Positions 46,401 through 55,379 of a stretch of DNA of 64,000 bases are shown here, piece after piece. This DNA is from Octopus sinensis (lineage: Eukaryota). The stretch's first letter is position 1. Every line of letters begins with the position of its first letter. The notes beneath the pieces were generated by a model. The model saw only the letters and a list, made by a program, of their open reading frames with translations. It ran no database searches and was not told the origin of the DNA. Where the stretch lies: contig NC_042999.1 in NCBI RefSeq assembly GCF_006345805.1, positions 148,118,001 to 148,182,000 of the forward strand, in the 5' to 3' direction. Position numbers and translations under genes: made by a program.

Positions 46401-49200
46401 ATACATACATACATAGTACGTACGTACATACGTACACATACACACACACACACGAACACACACACACATATACACTAACACACTCATGCACACACAAGTA
46501 TATATGAAGGGAACGTGAAGATGTGATATTGTATTTTATCATTGACACAAGTGAAACGAAGTCGTTTAAGCTGAGAATAGGATTTAGGTTCACCTAAATG
46601 TCTTTTGTTTTTTGAATGGCGTTTGAAAGTTTTAGTTCCATTTGTTCGGTCTACGGAAGTATCTATCTATCTATTTTATCAGAGTGACTGTAGATGAGTG
46701 TTTCGTTTCATCAATATTTGTGTTTTAAACGTAGCCTTAAATCATACTTAGGATGACAATGTAGAACAAGTCCCTTTGATTAATAAATCAGTCTTTTCAA
46801 TGCCCTCCATATTGCTTCTGTTAACTCAGTGATATTCACAGTAAGAGATAAAAAAAAAACAAGGATTTGCAGTAGAAAGTTGCCTAAAGTATCACACGGT
46901 CAAGCAAAATTCCGAACTCTTTTGCAACACCTTAACAGATTTATTGAACATACGCCATTCATAAAAAAATACTTTTTTACTTACTTGAGTCCTAAACTGC
47001 GACATATTGCGCTTGCCATGAGGCGGGCACGAGAACTGCTGTAGCATATGGTTCCCCATTTGCCATTATAATGTATTTTCACTAAGCCAGAATATTCTAG
47101 GGCAACATCTCCATTATCTTTCAAAGAAAAGATTAGATATACATATATACAAGCATAAATATTTCTTTGATAAGTAAACATGTTAAACAAAATATTACAT
47201 GACATATTTTGAAAAATGTCCTTTCTCAAATTAATTACTTTCGTTTTATTTGCAAAGCATAAATAACACGTCATATGTTAGTTATAGAATTTTCAAAACC
47301 TTGAGATACTACGTAAATCATTGGTAAGTAGCTTGTTTACCAACCACATGGTTCCGGGTTCAGTCCCACTGCGTGGCACCTTGGGCAAGTGTCTTCTACT
47401 ATAGTCTCAGACCGACCAAAGCCTTGTAAGTGGATTTGGTAGGCGGAAACTGAAAGAAGCCCGTCGTATATATGTATATATGTATGTGTGTGCGCGTGTG
47501 TGTTTGTGTGTCTGTGTTTGTCCCGCTAGCATTGCTTGACAACCGATGCTGGTGTGTGTATGTCCCCGTCACTTAGCGGTTCGGCAAAAGAGACCGATAG
47601 AATAAGTACTGGGCTTACAAAGAATAAGTCCCGGGGTCGAGTTGCTCGGCTAAAGGCGGTGCCCCAGCATGGCCGCAGTCAAATGACTGAAACAAGTAAA
47701 AGAGTAAAGAGTAAAGAGAGAGCATTTTTTAAAATATCGGTACGTGCAGCCTATTGTGGGTTATTAATTCAATATAAGGAAGATGTTGAAATTTCCCATC
47801 TGCGAATTTATTTTTTTCAACAGCAAAGGGAGCTATTTTTTTCGAAGGGATAAGCTAACAAAAGCCTCTTTATTCTGTCTTCTCACACAGCCTGCACATA
47901 AACTAATGGCGAATGCTGCATAAAGTTTCATGGAGCGAAGGCAAAACTCTTATTTAAAGGTTGATTCTTTTGGACGAATCATATGTGATAGTTTAAAAGA
48001 GGCTTGAACGACAATGCTAAAACATATTTGAAACAATGGACAATAGTCGAAATATCATAATAGATCGGTAAATAAGCAACCCTAAAGTAAAACAACGCAT
48101 TGGTAGGTGTTAATAAATTTTAGGGTAGCAAAAAATTCTAGAAAAATTCTCCGCTACCAGCGGTCAAGTGAGAAAGAAAAATTAGTCAATAGACTATATA
48201 ATATACATTCAAACATATAAGGGACGGCCATAATAGGACATCCGACTCACTAGAAAGAGCAGCCAAACTCCGCTCTTTCTAGTGAGTCGTATGTCCTATT
48301 ATGGCCGTCCCTTATATGTTTGAATATATATATATATATATATTTATCAATCTATCCACCCATCTATCTATCGGTCTGTCTCGCTACTTCAGTCTCTATC
48401 AGTCTATATGATTATCACTCCATCAAGTAATTCCTCAGTATATACGTATCTGTGCATGTGTGTGTTTCTGTGTGTGTTGAGTGTGTATGTGTAGCTACAC
48501 TTGTCATCTAACTCAAAGTAACCTTTTCGTTGCGACACAGTAGGAGGTCAACCCATCTCTGTCTTCCTCTCCCACAAACAGGAAATCATGGGTCAACATG
48601 GCCGGTTTCACGTGCCACTTAATTTTCATAAGGGGTAAGATCTGTTTGAAAGAAAAGCATAACTAATAGCTAGATGTACTCACTAAACATAGTGAATTTG
48701 GTCAACCGATTAACCCGGTTTGTATATATTATCTATTAATCGTTTAAAAGCGTTCCTTTGCTACTATATCTATCGTATGGCCTAAGGAAATCTTTCTTCC
48801 CAGCATGCTGTACTGCCACTGCATTATTATAATGGTTTCAAATTTTGGAACAAGGCCAGTAATTTTGAGGGAGAGTGTAAAGCGGTTACATTGACCCCAG
48901 TGCATTAGTGATATTTATTTTATCGATGATGACAGGATGAATGGCAAAGTCGACCTCGGTAGAATTTCAAATGAGAACATGAAGACGGACGAAATACCGC
49001 TAAGCATTTTGCTCGGCGTGCTAACGATTCTGCCAGAATACCTTACTGTATTCTTATAACGAGAAACATTTTTACGTCTTTTTCTTCTTTAAGAGAAAAA
49101 CAATAAGCTATATCTACTTACAAGTAGCATATCCAGATGTCAAAGCAACAAATATCAGTAAAGTCAGGCAGACACTGATTTGACGCGGGTACCAGTTCAT
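3966..49200 (-). CDS. Multi-exon host gene: secreted or membrane SRCR + tandem MAM domain protein (9 coding exons in window, 3' end off-window to the left)
   Basis: Manual splice of exons 49122-49200, 46985-47117, 29235-29392, 23840-23980, 18439-18676, 13329-13423, 11044-11163, 5438-5785, 3966-4124. All introns are GT..AG and phases (1,2,1,1,2,1,1,1,1) give one open frame: [51 protein letters not shown]...[22 protein letters not shown]...[13 protein letters not shown]...SDIAIDDV...CDFHEDTC...DHSGSGYYL...[15 protein letters not shown]...CHFNNPKLC... Confidence 0.9.
4310..4600 (+). mobile_element. Non-autonomous Helitron 5' part (same family as 61562-61944)
   Basis: Head tatatataaaactgaagttgtgtg. 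The segment gagagttac..aaaatgcttatatagttatttccctt is the reverse complement of 61596-61630. Confidence 0.6.
5438..5785 (-). CDS. Coding exon 8: MAM2 C-terminal part
   Basis: YYLVYKRS...TSPLL...[17 protein letters not shown]...[11 protein letters not shown]...[16 protein letters not shown]. Acceptor ttttgtag, donor gtaagt. Confidence 0.9.
6277..7790 (-). mobile_element. Degenerate second R4/Dong-family LINE, internally deleted
   Basis: [44 protein letters not shown], then an (ATA/ATG)n tract, then AQDQALATN. Many stops and frameshifts. 5' end abuts the TAA tract at 7791. Confidence 0.8.
7791..7927. repeat. (TTA)n/(TTG)n microsatellite
   Basis: Direct reading. Confidence 0.98.
7928..9039 (-). 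mobile_element. 5'-truncated R4/Dong LINE copy 2 (zinc knuckle + REL endonuclease + 3'UTR)
   Basis: Near-identical to 1-440 where they overlap. [18 protein letters not shown] knuckle, [26 protein letters not shown]. 3' end runs into (TAA)n. Confidence 0.92.
9051..9573 (-). mobile_element. 5'-truncated R4/Dong LINE copy 3 (REL + 3'UTR), tandem with copy 2
   Basis: [21 protein letters not shown]...LIDVSIP...KYKDL. Same 3'UTR as copy 2 with several substitutions. TTA tracts at both ends (9040-9050, 9574-9621). Confidence 0.92.
9625..10420 (-). mobile_element. Penelope-like element fragment (RT thumb + GIY-YIG endonuclease)
   Basis: [43 protein letters not shown] across frameshifted ORFs. Confidence 0.85.
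10470..10543 (+). mobile_element. tRNA-derived head of the hammerhead SINE family (head only)
   Basis: A-box-like tggtgtagtgattaag and B-box gagttcgattcc followed by aggcagtgacctga, the same as the reverse complement of 57797-57870. Confidence 0.8.
10544..10880 (+). mobile_element. 3' REL fragment of another R4/Dong-like LINE fused to the tRNA head
   Basis: KILWDFMI...[22 protein letters not shown]...VPIIVGTVG...[18 protein letters not shown]. Confidence 0.8.
11044..11163 (-). CDS. Coding exon 7: MAM2 N-terminal part (not in ORF track)
   Basis: [39 protein letters not shown](G). Acceptor aatttcag, donor gtaaat. Confidence 0.87.
12140..12478 (-). mobile_element. tRNA-derived SINE family C (MIR/CORE-like centre)
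   Basis: tRNA-like head on minus strand, central ttcatgttgctccagtt..tcagctggcaaaa. Related copies at 19165-19490 (-) and 19985-20265 (+). Confidence 0.7.
13329..13423 (-). CDS. Coding exon 6: MAM1 C-terminal part (not in ORF track)
   Basis: [31 protein letters not shown] carries the MAM FE...DIAIDD...C motif. Phase 2 in, phase 1 out. Donor gtaaga. Confidence 0.9.
13780..15785 (+). mobile_element. Chapaev3-like (CMC / Transib-RAG supergroup) DNA transposon relic
   Basis: Degenerate motifs [83 protein letters not shown]. Right end aatttgttgcctaatg resembles a Chapaev3 terminus. Left TIR not found. Confidence 0.65.
15790..17455 (+). mobile_element. RTE-clade LINE, 5'-truncated and degenerate, with (GAT)n tail
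   Basis: [51 protein letters not shown]. The 3'UTR has a ~27-bp tandem repeat (17173-17270) and ends in (GAT/GAC)n. Confidence 0.85.
18439..18676 (-). CDS. Coding exon 5: MAM1 middle
   Basis: [46 protein letters not shown]...[14 protein letters not shown] carries the MAM F-x-Y-x-M-x-G...G-x-L...G-x-HG-x2-W pattern. Acceptor ttttacag, donor gtaaga. Confidence 0.9.
19515..19728 (-). mobile_element. tRNA-derived SINE family B
   Basis: Minus-strand A-box tgacagaatcg, B-box gggttcaaattcc, core gtcgactctgcctttcatcc..gataaa..gtaac. Further copies at 22775-22990, 48832-49038, 49570-49682, 49685-49882 and a partial one at 13600-13660. Confidence 0.8.
19985..20265 (+). mobile_element. tRNA-derived SINE family C
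   Basis: gtggctaagtgg A-box, aagttcaattcc B-box, tgtgtccttgagcaa CORE-like segment. Confidence 0.7.
20340..20860 (+). mobile_element. CRE/NeSL-like REL LINE 3' fragment
   Basis: VTICDS...[10 protein letters not shown]...[18 protein letters not shown] resembles the C-terminal QR(I/L)S.A.QRGNA motif of CRE-type REL domains. T-rich 3'UTR follows. Confidence 0.55.
21480..21880. repeat. CT-rich simple-sequence region
   Basis: (CT)n and polypyrimidine tracts. Confidence 0.9.
22030..22282 (-). mobile_element. tRNA-SINE family A, diverged copy
   Basis: ttctttcagtttccgtctgccaaattcactcacaaggctttgg...attgaacccagaacc matches 54140-54296. Confidence 0.75.
23840..23980 (-). CDS. Coding exon 4: MAM1 N-terminal part
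   Basis: [46 protein letters not shown](G) carries the MAM C-x-FE...C...W...GP-x2-DHT motif. Acceptor tttttgcag, donor gtaatt. Confidence 0.9.
24890..25620 (-). mobile_element. Penelope-like RT N-terminal fragment
   Basis: [45 protein letters not shown]: typical PLE RT pre-motif region. GC-rich relative to the flanks. Confidence 0.85.
26640..28400 (-). mobile_element. Penelope-like element in partial-tandem layout: GIY-YIG end, 3'UTR, pLTR with hammerhead variant, start of next ORF
   Basis: IFYKCTV...[29 protein letters not shown] (28076-28393). Segment 26950-27320 is the reverse complement of 43000-43350 and contains a hammerhead-like motif at 27017-27068. Confidence 0.75.
27017..27068 (-). 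ncRNA. Minimal hammerhead ribozyme variant, family 2 (PLE pLTR)
   Basis: GUCU-CCGAUGA-A-GGGGUAU..AUAUCUU-A-GAA-ACAGCUGU-A-AGAC: stem I GUCU/AGAC, perfectly palindromic stem III, GUA site, U4C core variant. Confidence 0.6.
29235..29392 (-). CDS. Coding exon 3: SRCR C-terminal half
   Basis: [52 protein letters not shown] matches C-x-G-x-E-x4-C ... C ... V-x-C. Acceptor cctttcag, donor gtgagt. Confidence 0.88.
32263..33635 (+). pseudogene. Disrupted gag-like / LINE ORF1 (RRM-like + CCHC zinc knuckle), no ORF2 downstream
   Basis: [21 protein letters not shown] knuckle. Nonsense codons at 32587 and 33095, frameshifts near 32680 and 33345 join the four ORF-track pieces into one ~440-codon frame. 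Confidence 0.75.
33819..33900 (+). ncRNA. Type I hammerhead ribozyme with canonical core, family 3
   Basis: CAUC-CUGACGA-GGGG[46 nt]CUCC-GAA-ACGG(C)CCGU-A-GAUG: stem I CAUC/GAUG, stem II GGGG/CUCC, near-palindromic stem III, GUA cleavage after 33896. Confidence 0.75.
34603..34680 (+). mobile_element. tRNA-SINE family A head fragment
   Basis: gtggttgtgtggtaag...gggttcagtcccactg. Confidence 0.7.
34852..36620. mobile_element. Inverted head-to-head dimer of the tRNA/(TAA)n/hammerhead SINE with a nested Dong LINE, flanked by a target-site duplication
   Basis: Left arm (-) 34852-35135 plus 36294-36345, right arm (+) 36346-36620. Centre ttcaggtcacttcc|aagcagtgacatgaa. aattgtctgttc duplicated at 34840-34851 and 36619-36630. 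Confidence 0.8.
35136..36293 (-). mobile_element. 5'-truncated R4/Dong LINE (third family) inserted in the SINE (TAA)n tract
   Basis: [80 protein letters not shown] tracts on both sides. Confidence 0.9.
37170..40765 (-). mobile_element. Near full-length CR1/L2-group LINE (ORF1 with CCCH finger; ORF2 APE + RT), inactivated
   Basis: APE: [38 protein letters not shown]: [37 protein letters not shown]. Nonsense codons at 39596 and 37668, frameshift near 39023. 3' tail ggcggtgccccagcatggccacag..ctgaaac then (TAAA)n. Confidence 0.92.
41190..41480 (-). mobile_element. tRNA-SINE family A, diverged copy
   Basis: cttgtttcagccatgtgattgcggcc..aagcaccgcc tail and ttctttcagtttccg body. Confidence 0.75.
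41676..41720 (+). ncRNA. Minimal type I hammerhead ribozyme, family 4
   Basis: CAUAUG-CUGAUGA-cGGaU-CAGU-AcCCa-GAA-ACUCGAGU-C-CGAGUG: canonical core, perfect palindromic stem III, GUC site. Stem II has two mismatches that single transitions would repair. Confidence 0.7.
41890..41968. repeat. (GATA)n microsatellite
   Basis: Direct reading. Confidence 0.98.
42050..42950 (-). mobile_element. Non-autonomous Helitron-like element (related copy 54460-55085)
   Basis: Both begin on + with (c/g)tagctg....c(c/t)cggtaattcccggg (hairpin + CTAG read on minus) and share aatgggttatttcc and an aagttt...aaaatc end. Confidence 0.55.
43000..43360 (+). mobile_element. Solo PLE pLTR-like segment with hammerhead variant at 43242-43292
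   Basis: Reverse-complement homolog of 26950-27320. GUCU-aCGAUGA-A-GGGAcAU..AUAUCCU-G-GAA-ACAGCUGU-A-AGAC. Confidence 0.65.
43560..45476 (-). mobile_element. RTE-clade LINE, 5'-truncated, with two C-terminal C2H2 fingers
   Basis: [86 protein letters not shown] and [21 protein letters not shown]. Confidence 0.88.
45477..46415. repeat. ~940-bp (TACA)n compound satellite with TGCA and AACA variants
   Basis: Direct reading. It generates the spurious MYVC/HTYI ORFs. Confidence 0.98.
46985..47117 (-). CDS. Coding exon 2: SRCR N-terminal half
   Basis: (Y)[43 protein letters not shown](K) matches the SRCR G-x-V-x4-G-x-WGTIC ... C-R-x-LG pattern. Acceptor ctttgaaag, donor gtaagt. Confidence 0.88.
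47322..47716 (+). mobile_element. tRNA-SINE family A with CR1-like LINE tail
   Basis: B-box gggttcagtccc. Tail ggcggtgccccagcatggccgcagtc..gactgaaac then (gtaaaga)n. Confidence 0.85.
48201..48331. repeat. Near-perfect 60-bp inverted repeat with 11-nt spacer
   Basis: 48201-48260 versus the reverse complement of 48272-48331 shows two mismatches. Confidence 0.95.
49122..49200 (-). CDS. Coding exon 1: signal peptide
   Basis: ATG at 49200, [26 protein letters not shown]. Acceptor tttacag at 49210 upstream of the ATG (so a 5'UTR exon lies further right). Donor gtaagt at 49121. Confidence 0.8.
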
Positions 49201-50541
49201 CTTCGTTGTCTGTAAATAAGAACGTATTAATTTATGATAGATTATTATATATAAAACGATTATTTTTACTAGTTAACATAAGTGAAACTAGCGTTTAAAT
49301 TAGGGTTGAAATTAGGGTTGGTTAGAACATGTTATAATGGATTATGATAAAGACACTGACAATAACAATTCTACCGCTGTTCTTGGTGATGGTGATGATG
49401 ATAATAATTATATTAATACACGCACCCGCCTATATATCATAGCTACACATTACTAAACATCGCTGATAAAAATATTTATTGCACTTCTGAGATAATTCCG
49501 TACCGATTCCGAATATTCGGATTCGCTGTTAATAAGGTAAATATGTGTACATATATATTGATTTCAAATTTCGACACATTAGTACCAGAACTCAACTGGT
49601 ACTTATTTTGTTAACCCCGAAAGGATGAAAGGCAAAGTCGCTCTCGGCGGAATTTGAACTCAAAACGTAAAGACGGACGAAATATAGGTTTAAAATTTTG
49701 GCACAAGGCCACCAAATTGGGGGAAGGGATAAGGAATTACATCTAATCGAGTGCTCAACTGGTACTTATATTATCGGCGTCGAAAGGTGAAAGGCAAAGT
49801 AGATCTCGGCGGCATTTTAACTCAGACCGTAAAGGCAGACTAAATGCTGCTAAGCATTTTTCCCTGCGTGCTATCGATTCTTAGCATATACACTTATATT
49901 GGAGCCAGTTGATTTTTCCCTCGAGGCAAAGAGACTATGTTTCCACTGTTTTTTTTTTTTTTTTCAAATTGCTGATATAACCTATCGATAGTGACTTCTG
50001 ACAAAACCGTCGCCATTTTTCCATGACGGGAGGGAATTTGAACCCAAGACTGCACAGATACTGCATAGTGTCCCGTGTGGCACTCTTACAATTCCAATAC
50101 ATGTGTATATATATTTATGTCTTGCCTATATATGTCTGTATATGTATGTAGCTATGTACATGCGTCTGTATGTTTAGAGTATATATGTATATTACAGATG
50201 GTTTGGTATGTGCATATACAGCTAAAGGTATATGTAATCCAACGTGAATATTTGTTTAAACGGATATAACTTTTAATGTATTAATTGATTTATATTTTAC
50301 AAATAATTATTTACCCTAAGTATTTAGGCTCTGTCCTTCTTTATAAGCTATTTTTGATTTAAAGTTTTCTTCGATTTTACGATAAGATGATTTTATACCG
50401 AAATTTGTTCATTGAATGCAACCGGTCATTGTAAAGACCGTTAGTTGAAAGGACCAATCAAACAAAACTCATTTTCAAATGTGTATCCATTAAACTAATT
50501 GTATATGTTTGCTTATAACCTTATTTTTGTTCCGTCTAAAC

Positions 50542-50587
50542 AAAACTCTCCGACGAACAGGAACGTGAAACTCTGAGTAACAGTTTT
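50542..50587 (+). ncRNA. Minimal hammerhead variant, family 5
   Basis: AAAACUcU-CCGACGA-AC..GU-GAA-ACUC(U)GAGU-A-AcAGUUUU: 8-bp stem I with one mismatch, U4C core, 2-bp stem II, near-palindromic stem III, GUA. Confidence 0.5.
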
Positions 50588-51126
50588 TGAGATACTTTTG
50601 ATGCTTTTTAAAAGAGCATATATGTATATTCATCTACCCCGTGGGTCGAGGGCAATGACAATGCGTGACTTCGTTGAAACAGTCTTTTCCGCAAAGCAAA
50701 TTAAATAAAATTTGGGATTATTTTGTGAAGGGTGAAAGTGGTAACAAGAACAAGACAGTAAAAACAAATAGTGAAGGCTGTTAAGCCAAGACGATAGAAA
50801 AATTATTATGAACGCTAGGAAGACGAGCTTATGAGAGGAGACAGGTATAAGCACGTGTTGTCTTTAGGTAGGATATGGGCAAAAAGATAGATTCCCTTTC
50901 GTCACGTATCAGCGACGAGAGAGTGAAGAAGGAAGAGTGAGGGAGGGGGAACGATGAAGAGGAGAGGAGAGGAATAGGGAAGGGTGGGAGAGAAAACCAG
51001 AAAGAATGAAGAACAAGAGAGGGAGAGAGATGGACAGAAGAGATAGTAGAGAAGAAGAGTGCGCATCGTAATTATTAAGATATGTGTATATATATATATA
51101 TATACATATATGTATATATATGTATA

Positions 51127-51257
<131 letters not shown>

Positions 51258-51829
51258 TATATGTATGTATATATATATATATATATATTAATATATATAT
51301 ATATATAATATAATATATATATAATATATATAACATATATGTATATATATGGCCTGCTCGCTTACCAGCGGGGTGGCGTCATTCGAAGGCTAAAACAATG
51401 CGAACGCATTGTGACCAGCGATGTGTAACAACATCTGATGGTCTGGTCGGTCACGTGATCACGTGATATATATATATATATATATACATACATACATACA
51501 TACATACATACATACATACATACATAACTACATACATACATACATACATACATACATACGTACGTACGTACGTACGTACGTACGCACATGCAAACATATA
51601 TATGGAAAGAGGATTGCGATAAAGAAGAACTGAAATTCCTTCAACGCTAGGAGAAAAGCGCCTCTTGGTTCTCAAACTATGAAACCATCTTTCAAATAGG
51701 GCACACTTCTAGCAAACCTTTCCTGAAAATAAGAAAATCAAAACAACACTCAAACACTGATTCACACCTATCTAAAAACTGGAACTATCACCCCTACCAA
51801 AAAAAAGAATACAAGACCTAACACTAACT

Positions 51830-53795
51830 TTGTAAGCCACCAGCGATATAACATCGGGAGTACCCCAACTTTAAACAGAGAAATGAAAAATCACTACCAC
51901 CAGGATAGTCGTTGCTTTCAATGCCAAAATTTGGCACAATTCCTTCCAGGATCTTCCAGATGTATATTACTGCATACCTCTGCCTTCTCTCCAGGGAGTA
52001 AAGTCTTAGTTGTTTCAGCCTTTCCCAGTAACTGAACAGTTGCAAAGAGACGATCTTCTCTGGATTGTTTCAAGGTCCGCTGTTAATTTCACACTGTTGA
52101 GTGACTATATCTGGGAGCAGTAATCCTGACGACGAATGTCCTCCAGAGGACCATCGTGGTTTCCTTATCTCTGGTTCTGAATGTTCTCAGGATCCATCCA
52201 GTCAGTCGTCTGCACTTTGTCGCCATCCTGGTAATGTGCACTTGGAAAGAGGTATCATCACTCATGTCGATACCCAGGTCCCTCACTGATTTAGGCTCTG
52301 GGATTGAAATTCCCTGTGGACCAGTGTACCCTGTACGTTTCATATTCCGTTTTGGACGCTGGTAGCGCAGGGCTTGGAATTTTTCAGCATTAAACTGCAT
52401 ATTATTATCCTCAGCCCATATGTAAATTGAGTCCAACTCCTCCTGCAGATGTGCAACATCGCTGGGGTTCTGTATGTTCTGCGAAACTTTCGTATCATCT
52501 GCGTAACTTTCAAGGGTGGCTATCCGGGCACTTGAGGGCATATCTGAGAGCGCCACTATAAAAGCAGTGGTACCAAGACAGTAACTTGTGGAACACCGCT
52601 CACTATTTGTATTTTCATAAAGGTGGTTCTATTAGCCACTACTGCCTGACTTCTATCTTTTAGAAAGTCATGTAACCACTCTCTAAGTTTTCCAGCTATG
52701 CCAAGATGACGCAGTTTGTGGCATATCATACCATGATTCACTTTGTCAAAAACATTTGCAAAATCAATGTATATTACATTTACAAGACGGCAGAAAAATA
52801 AATCAGGGTTGTATAAAATGAAGACAAACTCTAGAGCTTTTATAGATTTTCAAAGAGTCTGCTTCAGTAGTGCAATTGTCTGAAGAAAACAGCTCAGACT
52901 GTAGGTCACCAGAAGGTAAGCGAAATACTATACGTGCAATTTGTCCTTCGTGTGCAATACAAAGTTGTTGAGTAACTGCCTCAACACCCAGTCATAATGT
53001 TGTAAGAGCTGATTCAGGCAGCTCCTACCTGGTCGAAAACCATGCTGGGTATCACTCAACAAGTTATTTTCTTCAAGGAATGCGATTAGTTTCCCTCTGA
53101 CTATCCATTCCATGACTTTGCTGATATGTGAAGTCAGAGAGATAGGCCTACAGTTTTTGGCATCTGATCTGCTTCTCTCTTTATGGATTGGGCATACTAT
53201 TCCCTCCTTCAGCTTGCTTGGCAGTCTGCCATTTGCAAGAAAGCTCTGGAAGAGAATCTGGAGGGGTTTTGCCAGGGTATGCTTACACGATTTGAGGAGG
53301 ATTGCTGGGAAACCATAAGTACCAGCAGCTGAGTTTGCGTCCACCTCATTTATAGCTAGTAGTATATCTTCTTCGCTAATGTCGATGTATTCCATCGTAA
53401 CTGCCTCGCTGGTTATAAGTGAGGAGGCAAAGAAGTCCACTGGTTCGTTCACTTGTCTGTGTTCCAACGGGGTGGTAAAGACTCTTTTGAACTGGTCATT
53501 CAGTACGTCACTGATCCTAGTTGAACTGTCTGTGAGGGAGCCATCCTTTTGGAAGAGGGGTCCTATCTTGAGGCTGTTTTTTTCGCGTACTGAAAGGTTT
53601 TGGGTTTGACTTAATGTTTTTTATAGCCCATGCTTCTTTGTTTGCTCTCTTCCTCACATAGGATTGTTGCAACCTTTTTTCAATCTCCATCATTGTTGTT
53701 TTTAAGCGGGACCTTTCACTACTTTTGGGATATTGGCTGAGTCGATTTGCAACCTTCGTCCGTCGTCCCATGAGGATCTTCCTCTCCCTTGGAAT
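51830..53795 (-). mobile_element. Second, older CR1-like LINE copy (RT region)
   Basis: [55 protein letters not shown]. Interrupted by a 180-bp insert at ~52785-52965. Confidence 0.85.
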
Positions 53796-53811
53796 TTTGT
53801 TCCTATTTGTT

Positions 53812-53885
<74 letters not shown>

Positions 53886-53887
<2 letters not shown>

Positions 53888-54296
53888 TTTACTCTTTACT
53901 CTTTTACTTGTTTCAGTCATTTGACTGCGGCCATGCTGGAGCACCGCCTTTAGTCGAGCAAATCGACCCCGGAACTTATTCTTTGTAAGCCCAGTACTTA
54001 TTCTATCGGTCTCTTTTGCCGAACCGCTAATTGACGGGGACGTAACACACCAGCATCGGTTGTCAGGCAATGCTAGGGGGACAAACACAGACACACAAAC
54101 ACACACACACATACATATATATATACATATATACGACATGCTTCTTTCAGTTTCCGTCTACCAAATCCACTCACAAGGCATTGGTCGGCCCGGGGCTATA
54201 GCAGAAGACACTTGCCCAAGATGCCACGCAGTGGGACTGAACCCGGAACCATGTGGTTGGTTAGCAAGCTACTTACCACACAGCCACTCCTGCGCC
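53886..54296 (-). mobile_element. Full-length tRNA-SINE family A
   Basis: Head ggcgcaggagtggctgtgtggtaag, B-box gggttcagtccc, LINE-like tail and (agtaaag)n end. Confidence 0.88.
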
Positions 54297-54316
54297 TATA
54301 TATATATATATTATAT

Positions 54317-54395
<79 letters not shown>

Positions 54396-55379
54396 TGAGA
54401 GAAAGAGAGAGTGAGAGAGCGTGTTTTTGCTTGTGTCATTATCCCATACATATATATATACTAGCTGGTGTACCCGGTAATTCCCGGGGATGAAGATGTT
54501 CTATTGAAACGCCTTATTATTCTGATATAAGAAAGCAATTTCGTTATAACTGCCACAAAAGGTGTATTTTCCGTCACGAAAAATGTACAAAAATTCTCAG
54601 CTGAAGGAGAGAGAGATTGTTGGAGGTTAGCGAGAGAGGTTGTCGGAGGTTGGCGATTTTTTTCAACAATCTAAGTATGTTACGAGGTTTCTAAACATGA
54701 GTACTACTCACGTGTCAAATAAAGTATAAAAGTGATATTGTTTGCAAAAATTATAAATAGGACACATAAAAAATCAATATTCAAAGAAATCGAACATAAA
54801 CAATCAAATGGGTTATTTCCATTGAGTGTTTAAAAAAATATTGTACAGGTGCTATGAGTTATTTCTGTTGGATGTTTAAAAAAAATTAGTTAAATGAGGT
54901 AGATATAAAGGTCCCTTCCAGGAGCTGTATTATCGATTTTTTTCAATAATCTAAGTATGTCACGAGACTTTTAGACATGAGTTCTACTCATGTGTCAAGT
55001 TTCATCAAAATCAATAAAACGGTGTAGAACGAGTTAGCTAACAATGCCACAAACAATTACCGATTTTCCACATAGGTAGTAGATATATACATACACCTGA
55101 AACAAACACTACTTAAACTTCAATGTGAACTCAAACACTCCTATGAAGACAGCAGACAAATAAGTCAGGGTTGTATAAAATGAAGACAAACTCTAGAGCT
55201 TTTATAGATTTTCAAAGAGTCTGCTTCAGTAGTACAATTGTCTGAAGAAAACAGCTCAGACCGTAGGCCACCAGAAGGTAAGTGAAATACTATACGTGCA
55301 ATTTGTCCTTCATGTGCAATACAAAGTGTTCCCTTGGGCAACTTGCTGAAAGCTAAGCCAATAAGTTCTTCGGCACCAC

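Noticed and set aside
44963-46593. Long 313-500 aa ORFs of MYVC/HTYI repeats
   Set aside because: Stop-free reading of the (TACA)n satellite. Only the last ~130 codons of 44963-46465 are real RTE RT sequence.
49296-49325. Two TTAGGG telomere-like hexamers
   Set aside because: Only two spaced units, not an array.
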